Source: Eledone cirrhosa (Eukaryota). From it: a stretch of 64,000 bases of DNA. The DNA lies in contig OZ024743.1 in the NCBI GenBank assembly GCA_964016885.1, forward strand, positions 120,094,001 through 120,158,000, in the 5' to 3' direction. The translations under genes and the position numbers were made by a program. The notes beneath the pieces are model-generated. The model made no database searches and was not told the DNA's origin. It was given only the letters and a program-made list of their open reading frames with translations. Positions within the stretch are counted from its first letter, which is position 1. Every line of letters starts with the position of its first letter. Below are positions 33,294 to 45,571 of the stretch, in pieces.

Positions 33294-36200
33294 GAATACA
33301 CAAGAATCAAAGCTATTTTAGAATATTTAATTGCTGACAATTGTTTCTTCCAAGCCTAGGCTTGGTGTCTTCGGAGCATTATTAATAATGTTTTTACATA
33401 TAATCAGCCTCCTATTCTGCTGAAGTGTCATACAGATGCATATTGTGGACAACAGTGTGTGATGGGTAAGATTCAAAATTACAATTAAAAGCTTTTGGGG
33501 GAGCATGTGACAGATAATACAAGAGCGTCTAGTACATAAATAAAATTAAAGAGACAATACGTGCGTTAGTCATACATAAAACAATTGAACAGGCAAAAGT
33601 ATCAAGCATATATGAATGCTGGGTGTTGCATAAAAAATATAAGCACATAAAGCAGGTGTGTTAATATATTATGGTGGATGCATGCTGAGATATTTTCAGT
33701 GTAGATCGAATATGTGTGTGTGTAGAATAAGAAAGTTCCAGGTTTCACATCCATTACATATGTCACGATGTATTTGTGTTGAGTGTTTGTTCTAGTAATG
33801 GCTTGTAATGTAAAGTAACTTAGTGTTATTTAGTCCGTACCGTATACTACATTTGTATAGCTGGGAGAATTTTCTACTGTTTAATACCCGGAAGTGGGAA
33901 TGGAAGTAAGGGGAGCAAATGCGTAAGGGGAGGTAACTAGCTCATTATAATAATAATTAAACTCATTGTTCTAAGGGACTGTATATAGTGTTATAATTGA
34001 GGGCCTAATATAGAAACTATATATTTATATTTAATTTAATTTAATTTAAGCCCAGTCTACTCTCTCCTAATACTTTAAGGTATCATTATAAAGTTGCCTA
34101 TCAAGTATTATAAAGTGCCATAATTGAGTTTCCCATACAAATTGTTATATATTTATATTATTTAATCTTAGATACAGTCTACCCTCCCAAAATATATCAG
34201 AGGTTTTGCTAGATTGCTGTCTACCTAGTATATGGTAAGCTATGTAATACCGTATAGCTGTTTGCATGGTAAAGTAGATATATCTCTAGAGTAAATAAAC
34301 GCATCCCTTATATACAATGTTATTAATGTTAATCCATACATTTAATTATAGATGTATACATAATTCATTGTTCCTTATTGCATTTAAGTTAGATAAATCC
34401 CTTATGTTACTACATTAATCCTATATATACAATGATATTAATGTTTACCTTTAATTGAAAATGTATATATAATTCATTGTTACGTTTTATATTTCAAGTT
34501 TATCCAACTTATATTTCCATCACTATATAATTATAAGTAATCTAATTTTACTATATTAAGGGTATAGAGTTATAGGTCGGCTGAATAGTGTAGAAGAAAG
34601 GGTGGATCAAAGAGTGTGGTGCAATGGTGCAATGCAAGCCCTAAAGGTGAAGTGCTAAGAGAGGTGCTGGGTTCAAAACTGATATTGCTATATACTAGGT
34701 TTAAAGCTTTGGAAAGAGTGTCGGAAGCGGTGCTGGCACGATGCTACTATTATTACTATTGCTATTAGGGTTAGTAGTTATTATGTTGTTTCGAAAGTTT
34801 CCCTCTTGTTGTGTTTTAATTTGATGGAGATAAGTATTAATTTTTCTTTTATTACTACTAGCTATATGGTATGCTATGTTAGGTGTGGTAGAGTAGGAGA
34901 TTTTAATGGTGTTTTTATTTAAAAGCCTATGGTACTTGTGGCCCGACGGGAAGTTTCTTTCTAGGATTGAGAAGAAGGCCCTAGGTAAGTTGGTAGAGAC
35001 GTTAAGTTTGAAAGGGGGTTGAAAAAAGTATTAGTTCTTCTTCTATTTGTTTTTTATATCTATTGAGGTATTTCTGTTTATAATATTTTGGTGTCTACTA
35101 TGGTGCGAGTTGGGCTTGTTATTACACTTCATATTAGAGTAGGGGTAGTTGTTATTCTTACTACTGCTATTCCTCATTGCCATATTGTGAGAAATATTGT
35201 TTGAACTATGTGATTTTCTAGGTAGGAACTCAATCTCATTACTATGGCCTGATTTAGCTAATGCCTGATTGTAGTACTGTGAATTATTGCTAAATATGGT
35301 TTAGTTATGAGATAGATTAGAGATTCTGTTAGAAATACCTTTAGTGATAGTGTTTAAAATGGATCTAGGGTGGTTCGACTTGGTGTCTACATAAATCAGT
35401 TTTTCGTTAGGTTTATGGTAGGGTGTATATACTTTAGAGTCGACATAAAGGGTAGCATCAAGGAAGTTAACATTTTTAGTGTTTTTGTCTATGGTGATAG
35501 TTAAGTTATAGTTTTTGAAGGTTTTATGTAACAGTTTCCTGGTTCTTTCTATATTAAATTTGTTATAGTCTATAAGTAGTAGTGCATCATCGCGGTATAA
35601 ACCACCGTTGAGGTATGGTAGGTCCTTATGGATTTCATTTAGTAAATATAGGCCCACCAAATCAGTGACCTGCACCGAGTCACTAGACCCCATAGTTATG
35701 TCAAAGTTGTTATGCGTATCCTTGCGGGTCCATAACTTATGCTCAAATGTAATTATGGTTTTACGGGCCGCAAGTATGATATCAATTTGGGATCTAGTCA
35801 GGTCACTGTTGTTCGTGGCCATAATGAGTGCCTTATTTAATAGGATTGGGGAAATAGAGGTGTAGTATGAATTGATATCAAACTGAATGAATTTTTTATT
35901 TTTGTTCTCTTTAATTTCTCTAAACCATTCAATAACTTCACCCGTATTTCCCCCACTGTTTAAGGAATACTTTGTGCTTAATCTGCGGGATGATTTTATC
36001 TAAAATGTTCTTACTGTTAATGCCAATGTCAGATTTGGAAGGGCATATTAGTCTTATCGAAGGGTTACTAAAGAAATCTTCCTTATGGTCCTTCAGAGAG
36101 AATCTTGGGGTTAGGGGTGTATGGCTGAGTATGCCTCTGAAGTCCCAGTTTAGACACTATACTATGGCCCTCCGAATAAATATCTTCTAGGTTTTTAGTA

Positions 36201-36841
36201 GTAGTCTTCTTATAGCTCCTGTGTAGCTCTTTATATATAAATTTTCTATATGTATAATAATCTAGCCTATATATATTATTAGTTTTATCTGCATATATAA
36301 TTTTATTATTTGTATTCAATCCTTTAATGGTGGAATTAAGTTTTCTTAAGAAGGTGTTGTTTCTATTACAATGGTTTGTGTATTTAATGTTATTAACTAG
36401 TTTTATTAGGTCATTTTCAAACGAGTTTAATAGTGTGTTGTGAGGAGGGCTTCTAAAAGTTTTAAAGCCGAAGGACTCAAACTTGTTAGTATCGTCGGTT
36501 TTCTTAGATCTGTTTTTATCATAATGGAATGTCCTCCATCTCACTCTATTGATAAAGGAGTTGACACTATTGATCAGTAATTTTTCGTATGTATCTCTGG
36601 ATGGTATTGGTATGTTCTTAGCAGACATAGGGAGGTAGTCTTTGATCAGCATACTGTTAATTTAATGTATGTTAGCTCAACAGAATGGAGCTGTCAATAA
36701 TAATAAGTATACTATTTATAGTTATGTATATACTATATACAACTATAAACAGGTAAGGACAGTAATTTATTACTACCTTATTACCAGTAAGATAAATAGC
36801 TCAATGTAAGAACATCATTTGTTTTACAGAGCAGTAATATA
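33294..36841 (-). mobile_element. PLE array unit 3 (GIY-YIG deleted)
   Basis: Junction GCACGATGC|TACTATTATTAC at ~34744 removes ~0.48 kb. RT ORF 35301-35822. Confidence 0.92.
33332..33378 (-). ncRNA. Family A hammerhead
   Basis: Same sequence as 25952-25998. Confidence 0.75.
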
Positions 36842-39800
36842 GAATACACAAGAATCAAAGCTATTTTAGAATATTTAATTGCTGACAATTGTTTCTTCCA
36901 AGCCTAGGCTTGGTGTCTTCGGAGCATTATTAATAATGTTTTTACATATAATCAGCCTCCTATTCTGCTGAAGTGTCATACAGATGCATATTGTGGACAA
37001 CAGTGTGTGATGGGTAAGATTCAAAATTACAATTAAAAGCTTTTGGGGGAGCATGTGACAGATAATACAAGAGCGTCTAGTACATAAATAAAATTAAAGA
37101 GACAATACGTGCGTTAGTCATACATAAAACAATTGAACAGGCAAAAGTATCAAGCATATATGAATGCTGAGTGTTGCATAAAAAATATAAGCACATAAAG
37201 CAGGTGTGTTAATATATTATGGTGGATGCATGCTGAGATATTTTCAGTGTAGATCGAATATGTGTGTGTGTAGAATAAGAAAGTTCCAGGTTTCACATCC
37301 ATTACATATGTCACGATGTATTTGTGTTGAGTGTTTGTTCTAGTAATGGCTTGTAATGTAAAGTAACTTAGTGTTATTTAGTCCGTACCGTATACTACAT
37401 TTGTATAGCTGGGAGAATTTTCTACTGTTTAATACCCGGAAGTGGGAATGGAAGTAAGGGGAGCAAATGCGTAAGGGGAGGTAACTAGCTCATTATAATA
37501 ATAATTAAACTCATTGTTCTAAGGGACTGTATATAGTGTTATAATTGAGGGCCTAATATAGAAACTATATATTTATATTTAATTTAATTTAATTTAAGCC
37601 CAGTCTACTCTCTCCTAATACTTTAAGGTATCATTATAAAGTTGCCTATCAAGTATTATAAAGTGCCATAATTGAGTTTCCCATACAAATTGTTATATAT
37701 TTATATTATTTAATCTTAGATACAGTCTACCCTCCCAAAATATATCAGAGGTTTTGCTAGATTGCTGTCTACCTAGTATATGGTAAGCTATGTAATACCG
37801 TATAGCTGTTTGCATGGTAAAGTAGATATATCTCTAGAGTAAATAAACGCATCCCTTATATACAATGTTATTAATGTTAATCCATACATTTAATTATAGA
37901 TGTATACATAATTCATTGTTCCTTATTGCATTTAAGTTAGATAAATCCCTTATGTTACTACATTAATCCTATATATACAATGATATTAATGTTTACCTTT
38001 AATTGAAAATGTATATATAATTCATTGTTACGTTTTATATTTCAAGTTTATCCAACTTATATTTCCATCACTATATAATTATAAGTAATCTAATTTTACT
38101 ATATTAAGGGTATAGAGTTATAGGTCGGCTGAATAGTGTAGAAGAAAGGGTGGATCAAAGAGTGTGGTGCAATGGTGCAATGCAAGCCCTAAAGGTGAAG
38201 TGCTAAGAGAGGTGCTGGGTTCAAAACTGATATTGCTATATACTAGGTTTAAAGCTTTGGAAAGAGTGTCGGAAGCGGTGCTGGCACGATGCTACTATTA
38301 TTACTATTGCTATTAGGGTTAGTAGTTATTATGTTGTTTCGAAAGTTTCCCTCTTGTTGTGTTTTAATTTGATGGAGATAAGTATTAATTTTTCTTTTAT
38401 TACTACTAGCTATATGGTATGCTATGTTAGGTGTGGTAGAGTAGGAGATTTTAATGGTGTTTTTATTTAAAAGCCTATGGTACTTGTGGCCCGACGGGAA
38501 GTTTCTTTCTAGGATTGAGAAGAAGGCCCTAGGTAAGTTGGTAGAGACGTTAAGTTTGAAAGGGGGTTGAAAAAAGTATTAGTTCTTCTTCTATTTGTTT
38601 TTTATATCTATTGAGGTATTTCTGTTTATAATATTTTGGTGTCTACTATGGTGCGAGTTGGGCTTGTTATTACACTTCATATTAGAGTAGGGGTAGTTGT
38701 TATTCTTACTACTGCTATTCCTCATTGCCATATTGTGAGAAATATTGTTTGAACTATGTGATTTTCTAGGTAGGAACTCAATCTCATTACTATGGCCTGA
38801 TTTAGCTAATGCCTGATTGTAGTACTGTGAATTATTGCTAAATATGGTTTAGTTATAAGATAGATTAGAGATTCTGTTAGAAATACCTTTAGTGATAGTG
38901 TTTGAAATGGATCTAGGGTGGTTCGACTTGGTGTCTACATAAATCAGTTTTTCGTTAGGTTTATGGTAGGGTGTATATACTTTAGAGTCGACATAAAGGG
39001 TAGCATCAAGGAAGTTAACATTTTTAGTGTTTTTGTCTATGGTGATAGTTAAGTTATAGTTTTTGAAGGTTTTATGTAACAGTTTCCTGGTTCTTTCTAT
39101 ATTAAATTTGTTATAGTCTATAAGTAGTAGTGCATCATCGCGGTATAAACCACCGTTGAGGTATGGTAGGTCCTTATGGATTTCATTTAGTAAATATAGG
39201 CCCACCAAATCAGTGACCTGCACCGAGTCACTAGACCTCATAGTTATGTCAAAGTTGTTATGCGTATCCTTGCGGGTCCATAACTTATGCTCAAATGTAA
39301 TTATGGTTTTACGGGCCGCAAGTATGATATCAATTTGGGATCTAGTCAGGTCACTGTTGTTCGTGGCCATAATGAGTGCCTTATTTAATAGGATGGGGGA
39401 AATAGAGGTGTAGTATGAATTGATATCAAACTGAATGAATTTTTTTATTTTTGTTCTCTTTAATTTCTCTAAACCATTCAATAACTTCACCCGTATTTCC
39501 CCCACTGTTTAAGGAATACTTTGTGCTTAATCTGCGGGATGATTTTATCTAAAATGTTCTTACTGTTAATGCCAATGTCAGATTTGGAAGGGCATATTAG
39601 TCTTATCGAAGGGTTACTAATGAAATCTTCCTTATGGTCCTTCAGAGAGAATCTTGGGGTTAGGGGTGTATGGCTGAGTATGCCTCTGAAGTCCCAGTTT
39701 AGACACTATACTATGGCCCTCCGAATTAATATCTTCTAGGTTTTTAGTAGTAGTCTTCTTATAGCTCCTGTGTAGCTCTTTATATATAAATTTTCTATAT

Positions 39801-40394
39801 GTATAATAATCTAGCCTATATATATTATTAGTTTTATCTGCATATATAATAATTTTATTATTTGTATTCAATCCTTTAATGGTGGAATTAAGTTTGCTTA
39901 AGAAGGTGTTGTTTCTATTACAATGGTTTGTGTATTTAATGTTATTAACTAGTTTTATTAGGTCATTTTCAAACGAGTTTAATAGTGTGTTGTGAGGAGG
40001 GCTTCTAAAAGTTTTAAAGCCGAAGGACTCAAACTTGTTAGTATCGTCGGTTTTCTTAGATCTGTTTTTTATCATAATGGAATGTCCTCCATCTCACTCT
40101 ATTGATAAAGGAGTTGACACTATTGATCAGTAATTTTTCGTATGTATCTCTGGATGGTATTGGTATGTTCTTAGCAGACATAGGGAGGTAGTCTTTGATC
40201 AGCATACTGTTAATTTAATGTATGTTAGCTCAACAGAATGGAGCAGTCAATAATAATAAGTATACTATTTATAGTTATGTATATACTATATACAACTATA
40301 AACAGGTAAGGACAGTAATTTATTACTACCTTATTACCAGTAAGATAAATAGCTCAATGTAAGAACATCATTTGTTATACAGAGCAGTAATATA
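36842..40394 (-). mobile_element. PLE array unit 4 (GIY-YIG deleted)
   Basis: Same deletion junction at ~38292. RT ORF 38849-39505 (FIQFDINSYY, YRDD). Confidence 0.92.
36880..36926 (-). ncRNA. Family A hammerhead
   Basis: Same sequence as 25952-25998. Confidence 0.75.
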
Positions 40395-42041
40395 GAATAC
40401 ACAAGAATCAAAGCTATTTTAGAATATTTAATTGCTGACAATTGTTTCTTCCAAGCCTAGGCTTGATGTCTTCGGAGCATTATTAATAATGTTTTTACAT
40501 ATAATCAGCCTCCTATTCTGCTGAAGTGTCATACAGATGCATATTGTGTACCCGGAAGTGGGAATGGAAGTAAGGGGAGCAAATGCGTAAGGGGAAGTAA
40601 CTAGCTCATTATAATAATAATTAAACTCATTGTTCTAAGGGACTGTATATAGTGTTATAATTGAGGGCCTAATATAGAAACTATATATTTATATTTAATT
40701 TAATTTAATTTAAGCCCAGTCTACTCTCTCCTAATACTTTAAGGTATCATTATAAAGTTGCCTATCAAGTATTATAAAGTGCCATAATTGAGTTTCCCAT
40801 ACAAATTGTTATATATTTATATTATTTAATCTTAGATACAGTCTACCCTCCCAAAATATATCAGAGGTTTTGCTAGATTGCTGTCTACCTAGTATATGGT
40901 AAGCTATGTAATACCGTATAGCTGTTTGCATGGTAAAGTAGATATATCTCTAGAGTAAATAAACGCATCCCTTATATACAATGTTATTAATGTTAATCCA
41001 TACATTTAATTATAGATGTATACATAATTCATTGTTCCTTATTGCATTTAAGTTAGATAAATCCCTTATGTTACTACATTAATCCTATATATACAATGAT
41101 ATTAATGTTTACCTTTAATTGAAAATGTATATATAATTCATTGTTACGTTTAATATTTCAAGTTTATCCAACTTATATTTCCATCACTATATAATTATAA
41201 GTAATCTAATTTTACTATATTAAGGGTATAGAGTTATAGGTCGGCTGAATTGTGTAGAAGAAAGGGTGGATCAAAGAGTGTGGTGCAATGGTGCAATGCA
41301 AGCCCTAAAGGTGAAGTGCTAAGAGAGGTGCTGGGTTCAAAACTGACATTGCTATATACTAGGTTTAAAGCTTTGGAAAGAGTGTCGGAAGCGGTGCTGG
41401 CACGATGCTACTATTATTACTATTGCTATTAGGGTTAGTAGTTATTATGTTGTTTCGAATGTTTCCCTCTTGTTGTGTTTTAATTTGATGGAGATAAGTA
41501 TTAATTTTTCTTTTATTACTACTAGCTATATGGTATGCTATGTTAGGTGTGGTAGAGTAGGAGATTTTAATGGTGTTTTTATTTAAAAGCCTATGGTACT
41601 TGTGGCCCGACGGGAAATTTCTTTCTAGGATTGAGAAGAAGGCCCTAGGTAGGTTGGTAGAGACGTTAAGATTGAAAGGGGGGGGGGGGATATTAGTTCT
41701 TCTATTTTTTTTTGTTATATCTATTGAGGTATTTCTGTTTATAATATTTTGGTGTCTACTATGGTGCGAGTTGGGCTTGTTATTACACTTCGTATTAGAG
41801 TAGGGGTGGTTATTATTCTTACCACTGCTATTCCTCGTGGCCATATTGTGAGAAATATTGTTTGAACTATGTGATTTTCTAGGTAGGAACTCAATCTCAT
41901 TACTATGGCCTGATTTAGCTAATGCCTGATTGTAGTACTGTGAATTATTGCTAAATATGGTTTAGTTATAAGATAGATTAGAGATTCTGTTAGAAATACC
42001 TTTAGTGATAGAGTTTAAAATGGATCTAGGGTGGTTCGACT
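40395..42041 (-). mobile_element. PLE array unit 5 (5'-truncated, GIY-YIG deleted, extra 3'UTR deletion)
   Basis: Same deletion at ~41408; homology stops in the RT thumb at ~42041. Confidence 0.9.
40433..40479 (-). ncRNA. Family A hammerhead (one stem II C-to-U change)
   Basis: Plus strand reads GCTTGATGTC instead of GCTTGGTGTC, giving a U-G pair in stem II. Confidence 0.72.
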
Positions 42042-42047
42042 GAGGTG

Positions 42048-42855
42048 AATTATTATTATAATGAGCTAGTTACCTCCCTTACGCATTAGCTCCCCTTACT
42101 TCCATTCCCACTTCCGGGTATTAAACAGTAGAAAATTCTCCCAGCTATACAAATGTAGTATAGGGTACGGACTAAATAACACTAAGTTACTTTACATTAC
42201 AAGCCATTACTAGAACAAACACTCAACACAAGTACATCGTGATATATGTAATGGATGTGAAACCTGGAACTTTCTTATTCTACACACATTCGATCTACAC
42301 TGAAAATATTTCAGCATTGCAACCACCATAATATATTAACACACCTGCTTTATGTGCTTGTATTTTTTATGCAACACCCAGCATTCATATATGCTTGATA
42401 CTTTTGCCTGTTCAATTGCTTTATGTATGACTAACGCACGTACTGTCTCTTTAATTTTATTTATGTACTAGACGCTCTTGTATTATCTGTCACATGCTCC
42501 ACCAAAAGCTTTTAATTGTAATTTTGAATCATACCCATCACACACTGTTGTCCACAATATGTATGTATCTGTATAACTCTTCAGCAGAATAGGAGGCTGA
42601 TTATATGTAAAAACATTATTAATAATGCTCCGAAGACACCAAGCCTAGGCTTGGAAGAAACAATTGTCAGCAATTAAATATTCTAAAATAGCTTTGATTC
42701 TTGTGTATTCTATATTACTACTCTGTATAACAAAGGATGTTCTTATATTGAGCTATTTTTCTTACTGATAATAAGGTAGTAATAAATTACTGTCCTTACC
42801 TGTTTATAGTTGTATATAGTATATACATAACTATAAATAGTATCCTTAATATTAT
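42048..42855 (+). mobile_element. Inverted terminal pseudo-LTR of the PLE array
   Basis: Reverse complement of the unit junction region (equivalent to ~33155-33960), ending in (TA)n. Confidence 0.9.
42626..42672 (+). ncRNA. Family A hammerhead in the inverted pLTR
   Basis: Read directly: TGCTCCGAAGACACCAAGCCTAGGCTTGGAAGAAACAATTGTCAGCA. Confidence 0.75.
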
Positions 42856-43004
42856 ATATATACATATATATTAAAATACGTATGTAAGTATGCACACGTA
42901 CACACATATATATACACACACCACCTACATTTATGATAGAAGATATACATGACGCTAAGTACTCTTTTGCTTATTATATTACACCACACTCTGCTGATCC
43001 TAAT

Positions 43005-43523
43005 GACTAGGGCGGGTAAAATTCCCGAGATCCATGGACGAGTTCTCTCCAGCGGTCTCTGTCCCTCATTTTTGCTGCCATGTCCTGCGTCTCCAACAAA
43101 CCAGTGTCTGTCCTTAGGGCATCAACATATGTTAACCTTGGTCTTCCTCTTCCAGTGTGTCCATGCAGGGGCTCCCACAGGAGCACTGAGTGCAGTGTCA
43201 ACTCTGGATGTCGGTGAGCATGTCCAGCTAACCTCAGTCTCCTCTGTGTCACTTTTGAGCTCACTTTTGGGAGGCTCCCATACAGCTCTGAGTTTTTCAT
43301 CCTCAGTGTATACTGATTAATGTACAGAAGCATCCTCAGCATTCTCGTGTAGCACCCATCCACCATCTGAGTGAGTTTCTTGGTCAGTGTCCAAGTCTCA
43401 GACCCGTACAGCAGCACAGACTCCACTACAGCAATGAAGAGGCGGATTTTCAGGTCTTTACGAAGGTCCGACTTCCACACCGATCTCAAGGTTTGGCAGG
43501 CCGCCCATGCTTTGCTCTTCCTC
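43005..43523 (-). mobile_element. RTE/RTEX-like LINE 3' fragment (same family as 53148-54648)
   Basis: ORF 43007-43489: ESVLLYGSETW...RRLRLAGH...GRGRP...W. Confidence 0.85.
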
Positions 43524-43791
43524 GTGTGTTTGTGTTGGTGTGTGTGTGTGTGTGTGTGTGTGTATGTATATATATGTATATATATTATTTATTTATATAT
43601 TATTTATATCACGATGAGCAAAGAAACTTCCTATTACTACAACAAACAGAAAACAATAACAATAACAAAAACCACTACATTTGGAAAATGAAACAGTTTT
43701 GGCGTTACTAAAGATTAAGTAATAAAGAAAAGGAAAGAAAGAAAAAAGAAGAAAGAAGAAAGTAAGAAAGAAAGAACGAAAGAGAAAATGA

Positions 43792-43839
<48 letters not shown>

Positions 43840-43964
43840 AAAGAAATAATTACTAGTATTGTGATCTCATCGCGTAAAAAAATAGGTTATGAATAACTAA
43901 TAAGAGGTGCCATTGTCTAGTATCAAAGCGCAAGCCATATGTCGGCGTGTCAGCTGTATGTGAG

Positions 43965-44036
<72 letters not shown>

Positions 44037-44184
44037 TCTCTCTATCTATCTATCTATCTATCATCTATTTAGCTCTTCTTTCGCTGTCTTTCTCTCTCTG
44101 TCATCTCTGCTCCATCTATCCCTTTTTTTTTAGTTGTTGAAAGTTCACAAATTTACATGCACATAAATGTATACTGTAATTATG

Positions 44185-44219
<35 letters not shown>

Positions 44220-44221
<2 letters not shown>

Positions 44222-44346
44222 CCGGGGTTCAATCGGGGGTAACCACAAGGTACTCAATAGATAGTAGAGAATATAATGTTTAGTATAGAAATGATTTCTA
44301 TCGGACTAGAACGGTTTTCATTCGAAGAAAATCACCAGGAAAGCCT

Positions 44347-44348
<2 letters not shown>
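44220..44348 (-). mobile_element. Short element of HHR family D with a degenerate hammerhead (44293-44344)
   Basis: Shares GTCC(C/G)GGGTT..TCGGGG.TAACCAC..AAGGTACTCAATA with 62433-62480. Reverse-complement core is CTGGTGA...GAAA...TA-GAAA (A6G change). Confidence 0.55.
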
Positions 44349-44439
<91 letters not shown>

Positions 44440-44916
44440 GTGAGTTCGGTTCTCACCGAGCTTTGCGTTGTTTTCTTGGGCAATACACTTTATTTCGCGT
44501 GGTTCCACGTAACTGGTGCCAAGCTGTATCGGACTTTGCCTTTCCCTTGGACATCATCGGTGGTGAGGGGAGACTGGCATGCATGGGCGACTGTTGGTAT
44601 TCCACGTATAATCTTGCCCGCATTTGTGCCTCGGAGGGTGACTTTCTAGGTGCAAATCCCATGGCCATCGGTCATCCTCCATGTGCATCACATGTCCATA
44701 CCATCTCAGCCTTCTCTCCTGCACACCACAGCTTATCCCTCTTATACTCCGTTTCTTTCTCAGGAACTGATTATACAGAGCGATTGCCGGTCCAGCAAAA
44801 ATTGAAAATTAGGATTGGTGCTCTGAAATAGCGATGGCACTATTTGGCAATATACTGTATGTTTAATTAAAAACATTTTGCAGCCTCTATAATTTTCGGC
44901 AAAGGTCGGTGAGTGC

Positions 44917-44962
44917 TAGGCTCTGATGAACACCAACAGTGTGAAACAGATCTGTCAGCTTA
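44917..44962 (+). ncRNA. Canonical type I hammerhead (family E, copy 1)
   Basis: TAGGCT-CTGATGA-ACAC caaca GTGT-GAAAC agatct GTC-AGCTTA; predicted cut after 44956. Confidence 0.88.
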
Positions 44963-45233
44963 TCTCCCTTCCTTTGCTGAAAAAAGAAGTAAGTGACATA
45001 GTCACTACTTTAAAATAATAGCGCAAGGTCTTCAAAATTTTTTTAATTAAACATACAGTATATTGCCAAATATACTATACATAGATTCATGTATACATCG
45101 CTATTTGAGAGCACCAATCCTAATTTTCAATTTTTGCTGGACCGGCAATCGCTCTGTATAATCAGTTCTTAATTATTACTGGAATTCTATAAGAATCCAG
45201 CCTCTATAATTTTCGGCAAAGGTCGGCGAGTGC

Positions 45234-45279
45234 TAGGTTCTGATGAACACCAACAGTGTGAAACAGATCTGTCAGCTTA
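45234..45279 (+). ncRNA. Canonical type I hammerhead (family E, copy 2)
   Basis: Same as copy 1 with TAGGTT stem I (G-U pair); predicted cut after 45273. Confidence 0.85.
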
Positions 45280-45374
45280 TCTCCCTTCCTTTGCTGAAAA
45301 ACGAAGTAAGTGACATAGTCGTGACAAAGTCGTGACTATGTCACTTACTTCGTTTTTCAGCAAAGGAAGGGAGA

Positions 45375-45420
45375 TAAGCTGACAGATCTGTTTCACACTG
45401 TTGGTGTTCATCAGAACCTA
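45375..45420 (-). ncRNA. Canonical type I hammerhead (family E, copy 3, inverted)
   Basis: Exact reverse complement of 45234-45279. Confidence 0.85.
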
Positions 45421-45571
45421 GCACTCGCCGACCTTTGCCGAAAATTATAGAGGCTGGATTCTTATAGAATTCCAGTAATCTTTGTCGCAAGGTCTTCAAA
45501 ATGTTTTTAATTAAACATTAAACATTAAACATTTAATTAAACATACAGTATATGTATGCATCGCTATTTCA

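Larger units (their letters stand above)
44764..45570 (+). mobile_element. Non-coding retrozyme-like locus: 317-bp HHR-to-HHR unit with inverted partial copies
   Basis: 44881-45003 is repeated at 45198-45320. 44764-44880 is an inverted copy of 45033-45168. 45334-45479 is the exact inverse of 45175-45320. Confidence 0.75.
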
